Shown here: piece after piece, positions 50,892 through 64,000 of the stretch
Layout: every line of letters starts with the position of its first letter
Position numbering within the stretch: position 1 is the stretch's first letter
Assembly (NCBI RefSeq): GCF_009914755.1
Contig: NC_060942.1
Length of the DNA: 64,000 nt
Source of the DNA: the human T2T-CHM13v2.0 reference genome, Homo sapiens
Reading direction: 5' to 3' (one strand)
Position numbers and translations under genes: made by a program
Notes under the pieces: generated by a model
The model's database searches: none
What the model saw: only the letters and a program-made list of their open reading frames with translations
Told to the model about the DNA's origin: nothing

Positions 50892-51637
50892 CTAGATTTA
50901 TTACAGAAAAAAATTAGTGATAATCTTGAGGAAAAACGTTGGAGGACTGCTGAAATTGAAGACTTACTGGCATGAGATCAAGAGTGAATGAAAAAAAAAT
51001 TTGAGTTCGTGAGTGTAGACAGTTCTTTTAAGGACATCATACTTAGGAGTCATGGCTGAGAATGTTGTAATTTTCTTCCACAGTCATGGAAAAGTAATAG
51101 ACAAATAGTTTCAAATTTTACATAACAGGTGTAGTTTTCAAATTTTATATAACAATTACATATTTTAAAGCTTATAAAAATTATACACATTTGGCATTAA
51201 AAATGCCAGACCAAGGTGTTAAATTCTTAAAACTATAGAACTAAAAGTTGCCTTGACCATTTCTAGATTACAGAAGCTGATTATTATTTTGTTCATGCTT
51301 ATACATAAAGACCAAGAAAAACTAAAAGCTTCAAGGAGAGTACTTCTTGCTTGATAAAAATCAGCCAATTCTAGGACAGTTGATACTCATCAAATATACA
51401 AAGTAATTGATCACTGTAAAATACTGAGTTCTATTAACAGGAATAAAGTGGCAGAAATGCAGAAAATAATCTTATTTTACAAATGAAATTTTAAAAATTA
51501 TATGACATCACTGTGGAAAAATATGGTGAGGTGAATACTGAAATATATCCTTTTCTCAAAGGAAAGATAATGTCACACATGCAGGGCACTTTTACAAATA
51601 AGTGTTACTGCATTAGCAGCACCTTCCTTTTAGCACA

Positions 51638-51975
51638 CGGGTCAGCAAATTAGCACCTGTGGGCCAAATCCAGCCCACTGCCTGTTTTTGTAAGTAAAGA
51701 ATCTTGGAACACAGCCATGCTTATTCACTTTACAGTCCATAGAGTCAATTAGCTGGGTGTGATGTTGCACACTTGGGGTCCTAGCCAGTAGAAAGGCTGA
51801 GGTGGCAGGATTACTAGAGCCCAGAAAGTCAAGGCTGCAGTGAGCTGTGATCACACAATTGCACTCCAGCCTGGGCAACAGAGACCCTGTCTCAAAAAAA
51901 ATAAATATATATAGTCCACAAAGCCTAAAATATTTACTAAATGGCTCTTTGCAGAAAAAGCTGGCCAGCTCCTGG
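51638..51975. mobile_element. MER58A-like DNA transposon interrupted by an Alu right monomer (~51748-51905)
   Basis: GGGCCAAATCCAGCCCACTGCCTGTTTTTGTAA...AAGCCTAAAATATTTACT...TTTGCAGAAAAAG. Confidence 0.75.
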
Positions 51976-52609
51976 TTTAGCAGATGAAAGATACTTTGAT
52001 ATATTTTAATAAAAGTTTCACCCAATATACTCAAATGTTTATATTAAATATAGATCCCCATGTACAATCCCTTGGCAATATTCAGATTGAAGGTCCAATA
52101 TTTCGGCACTCAGGCACTGACAACAAAAATTTAATAACTAGCAATCTTGTTGCTAACAAGGTACAGTGTCCATGTAGCGTGTAGCTTCCATTTGCAACAC
52201 AGCAGATATTACAAGAATTCTAACAAAATTATCTTAAGATGTGTTACCAAACTAAATGCTTTAAATACATTTTAATTGTGAAATAATCAGTATACTCTAG
52301 ATCTAACCTCATTTGTAAAAAATGGTTGCATACTGCATTATTTTCTGGGTATGAAAATTGAGCTATTTCCTATTGGTAAGGATTTACTTTTGATAATGAT
52401 AAATTCCTATTGATAAGGATCCATCTTTTTATATAATAATGCTGTAAGGAATGTCCTTACACATAAGTATATATGTGACAAATCTATACAAATATCCTTA
52501 ACATACCTACATATCCTTACTATGTTATATATATGTGTGTGAATATGCTACTAAATTAATGTTCAAAATGTATTTACCAACAGTGTATGAAATGTCTTTT
52601 TCAATGAGA

Positions 52610-52950
52610 CCATTTCCTTTGCAGCAACACACATGGAGCTGGAGGCCATTATCCTAAGCAAACTAATGCAGGAACAGAAAATCAAATGCCACATATTCTT
52701 CTTACTCATTAGTGGAAACTAAACAATGAGAACTCATGGACACAAAGAGGAGAATAACAGACACCAGGGTCTACTTGAGGGTGGAGTGTGGCAGGAGGGA
52801 GACGACCAAAAAACTACCTCTCGAGTATTTTGCTTATTATGTGGCTGATGAAATAATCTGTAGTCCATACCTCCATGATACAGTTTACCTATATAATAAA
52901 CCTGCACATGAACTTCTGAAGCTAAAATAAAAGTTCATTAAAAAGAAAAG
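52610..52950 (+). mobile_element. L1PA/PB 3' end
   Basis: TGGAGCTGGAGGCCATTATCCTAAGCAAACTAATGCAGGAACAG...AAACCTGCACATG. Confidence 0.88.
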
Positions 52951-53176
52951 AAAATGCCTTTTCCCTCACATTTGCCAATGCTGGTTATTTTTCAAATAAA
53001 TTAATGACTGGAAAAAACAGTAACTCATTGTTTACTGATTTTCATTTTTCTGATTAACAGGCAAGGCTGAATATTCTAGTAAAAGTATAAAATTTGTTCA
53101 TCATGAATATTAGCCCAAATTAGGATTAGTTTGACAGCATATAGTTATCTCCTATTAAATGTTGCCATAGGCTTAC

Positions 53177-53343
53177 CTGTGATACTCTTCATTCTCAGTG
53201 TCAGGAAATTGCTGATTTTCAGGTTTTCTGCTCCTCCTTTGTGGAATTAATCCATCATCACCATTGCCAGCACTGGCACCATTAGTCAGGTTTTCTGGTA
53301 ATCCCACAGGATTACTTCCATGCTTCTTTATTTCTTCTTCAAC
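53177..53343 (-). CDS. POTEC: POTE exon, 167 nt ([55 protein letters not shown])
   Basis: ctcaAG / GTaagc boundaries; phases 0 and 2. Confidence 0.92.
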
Positions 53344-54385
53344 CTTGAGTGGAAGTTTGATATTAAGGATGGTTATCACTTTATTGAATAAAAATAACCT
53401 TTTTAATTGATTTTATCAATTGACTCAGTTTGCCATTATTTTAGTCATTAAAAATATCTCACACTTAAATTTGATCATATATACAGAACTATTACCGTAT
53501 AATTTTAAGATGTAATTATCATGTCATTAGTATATCATTGAAATTTTTGTAAAGTCTTCTTGATTGCTGTTTGACTGAATAAAACAGAATTTTCCAAAAT
53601 TCAAAAAGGGCCCTCCTTCATTTTGTGCTTTTATTCCCAAAAACTCTTCAGAATCTTATATATGAATTTACCCCATTTGACTCGTGGGAACACAAAAATA
53701 AAACGACATAGACACAAAATGTGTCTTCTGTCTTTACCACCTAGATTTTACATTAAACACTCAGATGTAGAGGATGAGACACTGGGGGACTTCAGGAATA
53801 GAAAGGAAGATGGCCCTTTTCTGCACTAAGATATTCTCCTCCCCCACTGCCTTTGATCGTTCTTTTTTCGTTTGGTTCCTGGATATCAAAAACATGATGG
53901 TGCTCACTGAAACATGAAAACCAAAGTTTGCCACAACACAAGGAGCAGAGTGAAACTGCTGAAGTGCAAGCGTGGAATTCCAGAAAATTAGATGCTCCCC
54001 AAATTTCACATTCAATAGCTATACAATTTTCCAGCTGGAAGTTACAAAGAATAAGTAATTATCTTCTTTAGCCACATTATCTAGTGATAATCAGACTAAA
54101 ACCAAGAAAGATAAAATGATTGGTCCAAAGCTCCTAAAGTGGCATTACCTAGCATTTTATGGCACCATTCAGGATTGTTCCATAATAATGAAAGAATCTC
54201 TCTAGGGTTTGTATCTCTTGAAAACTCAATGTACAGAACTCTTTCTGAGTCAAATATTAAATTTTTCACTGGTGATTTATGCTACTTACATGATAGGATC
54301 ATGTATGCCTACACTTACTACACTTTGTTAAACAGCATAACATAAAAATCTAATTCAACAGAAACATTTGAACATAAAGGTATAC

Positions 54386-54430
54386 CTCTCTATCACAGTC
54401 CTTATTTATTTCTGGTTCTTGAGACATTTT
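54386..54430 (-). CDS. POTEC: POTE exon, 45 nt (KMSQEPEINKDCDRE)
   Basis: ctgcAG / GTata boundaries; phase 0-0. Confidence 0.9.
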
Positions 54431-55835
54431 CTGCAGATGCAAAAATAGAAGGTTAATTTGCTTGTTGTATTTCCATGTATGTCTCCTCTTTTGGAATGCA
54501 TGTTAAAATAATTTTATTCTTAAGTAATCAAGTATGGACATGAAAAATTAGAAAATAAAATAAAATTTAACTGTTAAAATAATTAAATAAATAAATAATT
54601 AAAATTAAGAATTAACTTTTTAATCTATGTTTAGCTACTGCCACATCATTGGCTTCTGACTAACATGTGAAAAATAATTCACCTCAGACAAAGGGAGAAT
54701 AAAAACATCAACCAGCAAACTTAACTTTGTTACCATTTGTTTGGACTAAACTTAATTTGTTATGTGTTAAATCTACCAAAAATGAATTAGCAGATGATTT
54801 GTAGTGTTCCAAAGGCTTCCTCACTTGAAAAGAGCGTATCTCATGAAACCCTAACTAGTGAGCCCTTGTAGTGCACTGAAGTGCTTTTTTAAAAGATTCC
54901 TAATTGGATTGTAGGCACGCTTTAAATTATTAGGAGCTGAAATCAACACCAAACAGAAAGAAATGCAAATTCTTAAATTTTAATTGAAATTATATGCTGT
55001 AATATGATAGTGTTATGTATCTAGATGATCTGCTTAAGTCCAGTTCTAATATATTCTAAGGTGTACTAATTATAGTGGATAAAATTTTTTTAATAATCTG
55101 TACTGATTTTCTGCAACTAAAATAAGGTAGAAGGTTATTGTGTTTGTGCACTAACACCAAATGTCCCATTCTGCAAGATATGATTCTTGTAATAGGCAGT
55201 TGGGTTGCTTTTATGACCTGGTTTCCTCCCTGAGCAGAAATGCTGAAGTCAGTGAGAGACCACAAGGCAGAATATGTCTTTAACCTTGGTATCAGTGACT
55301 GACAATATAAAACTGCAGATTTTCAATCACTGGCCGTGATTATTCTTCAACCATGAATCCAGCTCAGGGACCTTCAGTGTTACATTGTTCATAGTTCTAT
55401 TGCTTAATAATATAATCCAATAATTGATGTTACTTTATCATGTTAGGGTGTTGTAAAAATAAAAGAACAAACAAAGGTCTGGAATATGTTTTTGCCTCTA
55501 TTCCAAAAGGAAAGATTAGCTATAAGCTAATCAAAAAGGCAGATAAGAATATTTTAAATAAGAATACTGTAAAATAAGAGTATTTTAAATTTTATAGTGG
55601 TTATGTTTTTAAGCTAAATATCAAATGTTAAATTAGAATTTATTGATTCTTCTGTTAATGAGATTGCTGAATTTATTAAAATAAATTTTAAGAATCTTAT
55701 TAAAAAATTCTTAAAAAAAGAATCTATTGATTCTTAAAACCTAGTCTGAAAGGTAATTTCATTTGGACTATCTAATATCGTTAAAGCAAAGAAAACAACA
55801 TTAAATCAAAAATTTAAATTTAAAATTTTCCATGC

Positions 55836-55906
55836 CTCTGGCTGGCTATTTTCACTGACTTTAAGCCTTTGTGACTCTTCCTCTGATGTTAGCTTTAAGT
55901 CTTGTT
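55836..55906 (-). CDS. POTEC: POTE exon, 71 nt ((E)[23 protein letters not shown]) with a GC donor
   Basis: caacAG acceptor; GAG|GCatgg donor is what keeps frame with the 45-nt exon. Confidence 0.85.
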
Positions 55907-56269
55907 CTGTTGAGAAATCCATATATTCAGTTAAGATGAACCACTTAGAACAGTTAAAAACTATTGCCTTTATAAAAACAGATTGAAGACAGCATTTTAT
56001 TTTATTTCATAAATTGAGTGTTTAGTCTTTCATGAAATAGTTACTTAGGAAATAATTCTCCAAAACTTCAACAAACCACTTGGGGAGACACCTGATGTGA
56101 TTCACTCACAAATTCATCCACCCCACATAAATGAACAAAACCACCAGAAACACAACTTTAAAATACAGTAGAAACATATAAGGTAACTCAGTATGTTGTT
56201 CACTTCCTAATAGTGAAGCAGGAAATGTAAAGAAAAGAACATTTAGTTTTAAAGAGAAACAAGTTTTCC

Positions 56270-56705
56270 TGCACTTAGCTACTCTGACTCTAAGGATAGT
56301 ATCAGGCAGGGCCCAGGAAAGGTCGTGGTTACCCTGTCTGAGAAGCCAGAGCCCACAGGTATGGGCTCCAGACATCCCAGAGAAAAGTTAAGAAAACAAA
56401 TTCCTTTACCATCTCCCCTCCCCCTCAGCATTTATTCATAGCTATTTTTACAAATGCATATATTTTGCAAATTCTTGTTTTCCTTCAATGCAGCTGCAAG
56501 GTCACAAGCTATGCAGTGGTTGCAAAACTGTCACTATATGATTAACTGCCTTTGTTCTGCTTCTGTAAGTTTGCCTATATAAGCCAAGCCCTGTCTTTGT
56601 TCAGGGCTCAGGTTTTTGATGCAAATCCGCTGAGCTGGTGTGCACCTAAATACAATCCTCTTGTTTGACCCACTGGGTCTCTCCTGCCTCCTGTTTTCTG
56701 CAAAA
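56270..56705 (+). mobile_element. Solo LTR, probably ERV1 class
   Basis: CCTATATAAG TATA box followed by TTCAGGGCTCAG...GCTGAGCTGGTGTGCACCTAAATACAATCC, a typical U3/R/U5 layout. Confidence 0.6.
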
Positions 56706-56822
56706 ATAGTATCTTACAAATGATTTCCAAAATTACTACTGACACCTTTGTTAGTGTACAATGTCTTCTTAACATCTAAAATGTTTCCATCCACTATTAT
56801 GACAAATTTATATTCATTTTTC

Positions 56823-57120
56823 TTTTTTTTTGTTTTTTTGTTTGAGCCAGGGTCTTGCTCTGTCACCAGGCTGGAGTGCGGTGGCACAATCTCAGCTCAC
56901 TGCAACCTCTGACTCCCTGGTTCAAATGATTCTCCTGTCTCATTCTCCTGAGAAGCTGGGATTACAGGCACACACCATCATGCCCAGCTAATTTTTGTAT
57001 TTTTAGTAGAGATGGGGTTTCACCATTGGCCAGGATGGTCCTGATCTTTTGACCTTGTGATCCACCTGCTCCAGCCTCCCAAAATGCTGCAATTACAGGT
57101 GTGAGCCACCACACCCAGCC
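56823..57120 (-). mobile_element. AluS
   Basis: Reverse dimeric Alu. Confidence 0.92.
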
Positions 57121-58888
57121 TTATTTTCATCTTTTAAAACAATGCTATGGGAAGTCTTCCTTGATTCTGCAGATCTTTCCCCAGATAAACAGGTAACTCC
57201 TTCCTTGAGGTAGCCTTAGGACCTCACTGATTTTTCTACTGCACCTTTACCACCTGAACTGTACATTATTCTTCCACAGGTCTGTCCCCTCTACTCCAAG
57301 ACTGCAGAGGACAGTCTTGCACATCATCTTTGTAAAAACAGTCTTTATTTTACTCAGAAATTTCTTATTGAGACCTGCTACATACATGCTAGGTGTTAGG
57401 GTTTAAAAAGAATGAAAATAAAGCCTGTCAGGGATGGCTTTTCTAGAACACCTGCCCAAGCAGAGACTCAAATATTGAGGCTAGCTAGATTAAAAGTGGT
57501 AGAGGGCAAGAAAGGGTGACAGCATGCCACACAGCAGCAAGAGCAGGAGCGAGGCCTGAAAGAGTGAAAGTATTTGCCTGCAATAGAAGGAGGAGTGAGT
57601 AGGGCATTAAGAGCCACTCAGTAATGCCAGAGAAAGGGCACACAGGGAAAAGGGCTAACGATGTAGAGTAGGGCAGAAGTCAGATTATGAAAGCCTTATG
57701 TGTACTTTTAAGATGCTTAGACATTAACGTTCAAGAGTGGTCCCTGGTCCTATCTGTATTTAGATGTAGATCATTTTAATGCCAAAACCAATATTCCTAG
57801 TGAGCCATTATTCATTAAGACAAGGTGACAGCTAGCTCATGTGGACACAGCTGAGATGATACTACGTAGCAAATTCTTAATAATTCTCATGAACACTTGG
57901 AAAGTCAATTCTATAATAAGTCATAGAAATTATAATAAATCACTTAATATTTGGGAAGGTGCTTTATAAAGTTATAGTGTATATGAATATAACTAATAGT
58001 TGTGAATTCAGAGCTGTGACAATAAAGCAAAAAATCACACTGTGTTTGAGTCAGCAATATTTAGATTTCTATCTAGTCTTCCTACCCAGTCCATAAATTC
58101 TAAGTATAATCCTAGTACTCGCTCTCAAGTTTAAGTTAAATGCTAGCCTATACAAAAAACACTCTTTCTCTTACTTCTTTTTTGTTATTTATATGTTGCT
58201 TTGTTTAAAGGAAGAACAGAAAAATGCCCTGCTAAAGGGATTCTGTTTGGCTGCAGGCTGCAAGAGGGGAAAAACACAAAGCACATTTTGCAGAAAATGA
58301 TTTTTTAGAAGTCAGAACTATGACATGAAGTCAAGCAGGGCACTCTAGGACTGACTTTGCTGTGCTTCCTTAATATGCTCCTTGCTCTCTTTCTTTTCTG
58401 GAAGCTGTGACTCACACAGGTCATGGAGAAAATTTCCTACTCCTTCCTCATGTCCAGGTTAAATACTAGTGTACAACGTGGAAACCTGTAAATTATCTGA
58501 CATTTCTCTCTGTCCCCCAAACCTTTCTCATTCAATTATCACTAAATCATATTGACTATACCTCTCTTCTTCCTCTGCTTTATATTACCACTGCCACTGA
58601 GAACATAAACATTTACAAAATGGCTTTTATTACAAACAACCCTTCCAACTATTAATGTTATTTCTTACATGAAAAAAATTAAGCAAAACAAATGAAAAAA
58701 GCATAACACCAAAAAAAGGCCAACACATTAAAATGAGTAACTGAGATTCCAAACTTTATTTTGCCATGGGCAGGTGAAAACCTTAGAATACATTGATACT
58801 AGTCCAAGGGTGTGTGACATGGAAACTATAGCTGACTACTGCAAAAGCTTCCTTTGTCTCCTGGTTTCTTTACATGGTTATCTTCCCT

Positions 58889-59110
58889 CAATCCCAGCAA
58901 GCTATAGGCCACAGGCCAAATCCAGTCTGCCTTTTGGCTTTGTAAATAAAGTTTTATAGGAGCTCAGTCATGCCTGTTTGCTTACATATAATCATGGTGG
59001 CTTTCACACTACAACAACAGACAACAGCCTGGTTAAGTAGATATGACAGAGACCACATAGTCTAAAATATTTCCCACCTGGTCCTTTACAGAAAAAGCTT
59101 GCTAACCCAT
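58889..59110. mobile_element. MER58A-like DNA transposon
   Basis: GGCCAAATCCAG...TTTGTAAATAAAGTTTTA...CCTTTACAGAAAAAG. Confidence 0.7.
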
Positions 59111-59199
59111 TTTACACCATAAGCAGAATATGCCTTAATACTCAAATTTAATCTTGTAACTTCCCTGCTCAAATTTCTCCAATGAGCCCCTGCAGCACA

Positions 59200-59670
59200 C
59201 ATTGTTGGCTCCCTATCAATAGCCATTCCTTATTCTTTCTTGCAGAAGAAACACAAGTCTATTGGGATATTTATTATCCCAATCCCCCTCCTCAGCCTCA
59301 GAAAGAGAAATGTTTATTCTAAGTTAATCATGTATTTGCCTTCCCAGTGCCTGGTTTGGGAATGAGCATGTGGTGTGACCCAGCCAATGGAATGTTACAG
59401 GAAGCCCCTTGCATGCTTCTAAGTTTTCTCCCTGTTTAAAAGACACATGTGAAGAAAAGCAGCCCTTGAAATGTTGTGTTGTGAGAACAAGATGTTTGGA
59501 GCTGCTGCGGATTAGCCAACCATGAAAGGAGACATGAATAAAACACTGCCAACAGCACAGCTGAAAGAGGGACAAGTGGGATCCTAGGATATCACTGAAC
59601 AACCAAAACAACTCTGGTTCCTACTGTTTTAGCCACTGCTCATCTAGTATTTACAGTCCAAAGCATTGTA
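59200..59670. mobile_element. Old MaLR LTR (MLT1-like)
   Basis: GTGACCCAGCCAATGGAATG, GGAGCTGCTGC...CCAACCATGA, TTTAGCCACTG motifs. Confidence 0.45.
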
Positions 59671-60847
59671 CCTGGTAAATTTCCCGTGGCCCACAGGGTA
59701 AGACCTACTCATTTCTATAGTATTTAAAAAGTCTATCATAAACTTGCCTTAGCTAAGTATTCACCTTATTCCCAACCTCTGGTGTCTCACACTTTTGGTA
59801 CTAGCAAAAGTGAACTGCTCAGAAACCCTGCAAGGTTCACTCAGCATCTTGCGTTTTGCACTTGCTGCTCTTCCTGCCAAACAGGCAACCTCATTAGATG
59901 TTCTTCTGGCAAACACACAATCTTGTTGCATGTTCCTTCTGCCAAACATTATTCTTCTGCTTCTTTACCTAGAAAAATTCTTCTCACTCTGCATGCTTAC
60001 CTTGAATCATACCTACTTTTTTTCAAAACTTTCATTCCTCATCACATATGTCTGGCACATAATTAATATATAATAAATCATTATTATAAGCTTCCAGTGG
60101 GCATCTAGCACACAGTAAGCACTGAATAAAGTAGTAAAATAATAAAAATGACAATGATAATAACAAGCTCCTGTCTGTATTTTTAATTGTGTGTGTTCTG
60201 TAACATTAGAAAAATGATTAGTATCTAAAGGACATTTAATAGTTATTTGTTAAGTGGACAAGTGAAAACATAGAAATGTTTTCTTTGTAAATTCTGTTGA
60301 AAAAGCACAGAAATGAAATAGAGACAGCTCTACTATGAGCACCTTAAGGATCAAAACTACATCTATTCCATCTTTGTCTCCTGCAACTTATAAAACCTAA
60401 CTTACAGAAGCTTTTTGATAAATAGATGGCTAAATTAAAGGTGTCCTAATACAGTTTGGATTATACAATGTATTAGGTGTCCACAACCAGGTGGCATACT
60501 AGTATTTTTGTTAATGTGAAACATTTTTCTACTTTTATTATAATCTGCTGAGCCTAGAAGTGGGCAATTTGTATATTTATTATGACAATCTTTTGGTAAA
60601 TGGTAGCAGAGCATCTTGTTCTAACAAAATTACTGTTATCAAGACAATTGACCAGCAGGTAGAAGAACACATCTTGTTCCAACAAAGTAAATGTATCTCT
60701 TTCCAACTTCAAATGAGGAGGAATGAAGTCAGTAAGAGTGAGACCTTGTTGGGACAAGGATATGTAACATGACTTGTGCTTTGGCGTTCTTTTGTGATCA
60801 AAAATTCCTTACTTTTATTTTTTTGTCTACGGTAGGACCACCCAGAG

Positions 60848-61375
60848 CAGGGGCCCACAACTCTCAGGTCACAGACTGGTACCACTCCATGGACTATTAT
60901 GAACCACACCACACAGGAGGAGGTGAGCAGCAGGCAAACCAGGGAAGCTTCACCTGTACTTACGGCCACACCCCATGGCTCATATTACCGCCTGAACTCT
61001 GCCTCCAGTCAGATCAGTGATAGCACTAGATACTCATTGGAGCATGAACCCTGTTGTGAACTGCTCATCTGAGGGATCTAGGTTGTGTGCTTCATATGAG
61101 AATCTAATGCCTGATGATATGTCACTGTCTCACTTTGCCCCCAGATGAGACCATCTAGTTGCAGAAAAATAAGCTCAGAGTTTCCACGGATTCTACATTA
61201 TAGTAAGTTGTATAATTATTTCATTATATATTATGATGTAATAATAATATAAAGTAGCACAATAAATGAAACATGGCTGAATAATCCTGAAACCATCCCC
61301 ACCTTCCCCCAGCCCATGGAAACACTGTCTTCCACAAAACTGGTCCCTGCTGCCAAAAACATTGTGGACAACTGA
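60848..61375. mobile_element. MER1A-like DNA transposon (opposite orientation to 44838-45357)
   Basis: CAGGGGCCCACAAC...CCATCTAGTTGCAG...TCTTCCACAAAACTGGTCCCTG. Confidence 0.8.
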
Positions 61376-61405
61376 CCTAAAGTAATTCATTATCACAAGT
61401 CTTAC

Positions 61406-61476
61406 CTGGATTGCTGTTTTCAGAAGAGATTTTTAGCATCTGTTTTTCTTTATAGTCAGAAAGTAATTCACAAATT
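61406..61476 (-). CDS. POTEC: POTE exon, 71 nt ([23 protein letters not shown])
   Basis: catAG / GTaag boundaries; upstream ankyrin-repeat exons lie beyond the window. Confidence 0.92.
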
Positions 61477-62599
61477 CTATGTATAAAAATGTAATAAACC
61501 AAATTACTATTTTAATACTGATATAAAAAATACTTACCAAATGTAAAATTCTTAGAGTATTTCAAACAATATCATAATATCAGAATTTAACAGTATTATC
61601 CCATACACTTATGAGTACATTCTACAAACTTTTCTTTAAGCTTCTAATTAAAGCAGAAAAAAAATTAGGTGAAATGCTCATAAATCAAGGGCACTGTGAC
61701 CCAGTAAATCAGCATGCATTAGCATGACATTATAGAAAGTGTCCCAACTCTGCATAAGTCCTAGCTCCATAATGAACAGCTATTTGTTCTTGAACAAATT
61801 TCTTCTCTTAGGCTCAATGTCTTCTTCTACAAAGTGAGGACTTTGCTGCCTTATTTCACTAGGTTGTTATAAAGATTTAACAAGGTAACATTTTTTAAAT
61901 GCTCAGAGAAATAGTAAAGCAATGGAATAATCTGTTCCTAAACTTTATGACTAAAATTATCTTGGAATCCCAAATAAAACCCCATGTGTATTTTGTTCAT
62001 AGGTTCTAATATGCAAATGCTGTAGTTTTCAGAAAATGTCATTAAGTCCTAATTTTGCTTCTTAGTTGTCCTACTCCTTATGGCTTATAATTCAGGGCAT
62101 CTCAACTGTGTCATAGTTTGTAACTAAATTTTTTCATAAATCTCTCATTAAAGTAGATAATGTGATTGTCCACTATTACGGAGTTGACCAATTTGTTGTG
62201 CTAAGGGCAGAAAAACCAATGGATGTTAAGACCTGGCTTGGAGCAATGATCCTTCTCTATAGACTCAAACTCTGAGCCAGCAGATGTTTGTTAGGATAAT
62301 GCTTTATATTGATGTTCAATTCCAGCTGACATGGGAGACCAAAACTCTACTTTTATTTTTTTCCGTTTTCATGAAGAAGCTGCAAATTGACATTCTCTAA
62401 TTTTTGACATACATACTTATAATATATTTTGCATCGAACACATTATTCAGCTCTAAATCATCTCACAGACCATCTTCCATGACTATTTTTGCAGCACAAA
62501 TCACATTTCGATATTTTGGTGGCACCCATTTTGCTTTGATTCACACTGTTTCCTTAGAGCTAGTCAGCAAATAGTGAAATGATCTTCCAGTGACTGCAC

Positions 62600-62705
62600 A
62601 AAATATGGAATGCTTCAAAGAGTTGTGCTGCCTCCTTATGCAGAAGCCATGCTAACTTTCTCTGTATTGTTCCAATTTTAGGATATGTGCCGCCAAAGCA
62701 GGCAC
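62600..62705 (-). pseudogene. U6 snRNA pseudogene
   Basis: GTGCCTGCTTTGGCGGCACATATCCTAAAATTGGAACAATACAGAGAAAGTTAGCATGG...GAAGCATTCCATATTTT: full-length, diverged U6. Confidence 0.92.
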
Positions 62706-64000
62706 AAAGCCCTACTTTTACACATGATTTGTGATGAGTCATGGACAAGGCTTGGCTCTTGTCCATGACTCATCACTACTTACTTAACCTACTTGAGATT
62801 CTGAGAATTCTCTTCAATGGCTTCCTGTGAGGTACAATTTGAAAATATTTTAAAATCTTGAGCTAGAGATGGAAGTAGCTTGGATGATTTTCATTATCAT
62901 GTAAATCAGATCACTCAAGGGGCCAACCACAGCTGGGAGCCACTGCTTGGGGAAGGCTCATATGGGACTTTCTACTGCCTAAGGTTCTACACAGGATATA
63001 AAGGTGCCTCACAGTATAGATCTGGTAGCAAAGAAGAAGAAACAAACACTGATCTCTTTCTGCCACATTATTTGAACCCCTCTGACCCTTTATAACAAGC
63101 CCACCTCATATCTGCTAGAGAAAAGACCAACAACGGCCTGAAAGGATCTCTTACCATGAAGGTCTCAGCTCATTCTTGGCTAAGATGTGGGTTCCACATT
63201 AGGTTCTGAATACAGGAGGAAGGGTCAATTTGCTCACTTTGTGTGCGGATAAAGTCAGGATGCCCAGCGGCCAGAGCAGGGTGCTGGTGCTTTGGGAACA
63301 ATGGCTGAGCATATAAGCATAGGTAAGGGAACTAAAAAATGTTGTAACTTCAAAGTCACTGTATGAATCCCCATGAAGACTTGAGGGATCTGAATCAGTA
63401 AGGGCATCTTGGTGTCAAAGGTCAACAATTACCAGGCAGCAGAACCAGTTTGAGTGGCAACAATGCAGCAACAAAAACAATGGAAACAACAGAATGATTG
63501 GAATGTCCTTTTTTTTCTCCTCCTTCTGACTTGATAAAAGGGACTGTCTTCCTTGGATTTAGTGAACCCCTTTGGTTCTTGAAAAATTCAAGGAGTATGT
63601 AGGAGATAGTCCCCAGAAGACAGTACAAGACTTTCTGCTAAACTGGACATTTCAAGACCCAAATAACTAATCAGAAAAATCAAAGATGTGATACTCTTTT
63701 TTATCCCATGCATAGGTGTTATACTTGGATGAAATGAACAATATTGGGATCTCTAAGGATAAAGGTCTTAAAAGTCCTGAGGTAAAGAATCCTGCACCCA
63801 TTGGTACTTCTAACTTGTCTTGCTTTTTGTCTGATTTCTGGCTGATGCAGGGGACTAACTCACTGCCAATCTAAAACTACCTGAACCAAACTATGACATC
63901 TCACCTGATATGTAAGATGCAATTGTTATAATTATTTTAAACCTCAATTTAGCATTAACTAGCCTTTTCATGTAAACACTTACACATGATGATGACTAGA

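Noticed and set aside
60554-60757. ORF containing LLEQDV, reminiscent of an ankyrin repeat
   Set aside because: Only a short motif matches; no supporting splice structure
62600-62705. Functional U6 gene
   Set aside because: Many substitutions in the internal stem-loop and 3' region; no evident PSE/TATA upstream

Overview
Primate (most likely human) pericentromeric segmental-duplication DNA, not microbial. The right third holds six 3' coding exons of a minus-strand POTE ankyrin gene. Its last exon carries an 8-bp frameshifting insertion and ends ...[12 protein letters not shown], which from memory is the POTEC C-terminus (chr18p11.21; not verified by search). Downstream of it (leftwards) lie fossil ANKRD26-family exons, a GRAMD4 pseudogene fragment and a full-length CXADR processed pseudogene with TSDs inside an old L1. 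The POTE introns contain a U6 pseudogene and a TSD-flanked NOP58 3' retrocopy. The rest is L1/L2/Alu/LTR/MER debris, two CpG-rich blocks and several tandem repeats. The least explained structure is a ~6 x 640-bp array (31.5-35.3 kb) in which every unit carries a ~105-bp segment in both orientations, i.e. a serial-hairpin array. There are also several templated duplications: an exact 143-bp copy 2,820 bp away, and inverted patches inside the L1 that truncates the POTE last exon. Almost all ORFs in the supplied track are spurious. Repeat boundaries and subfamilies are approximate, by-eye calls.
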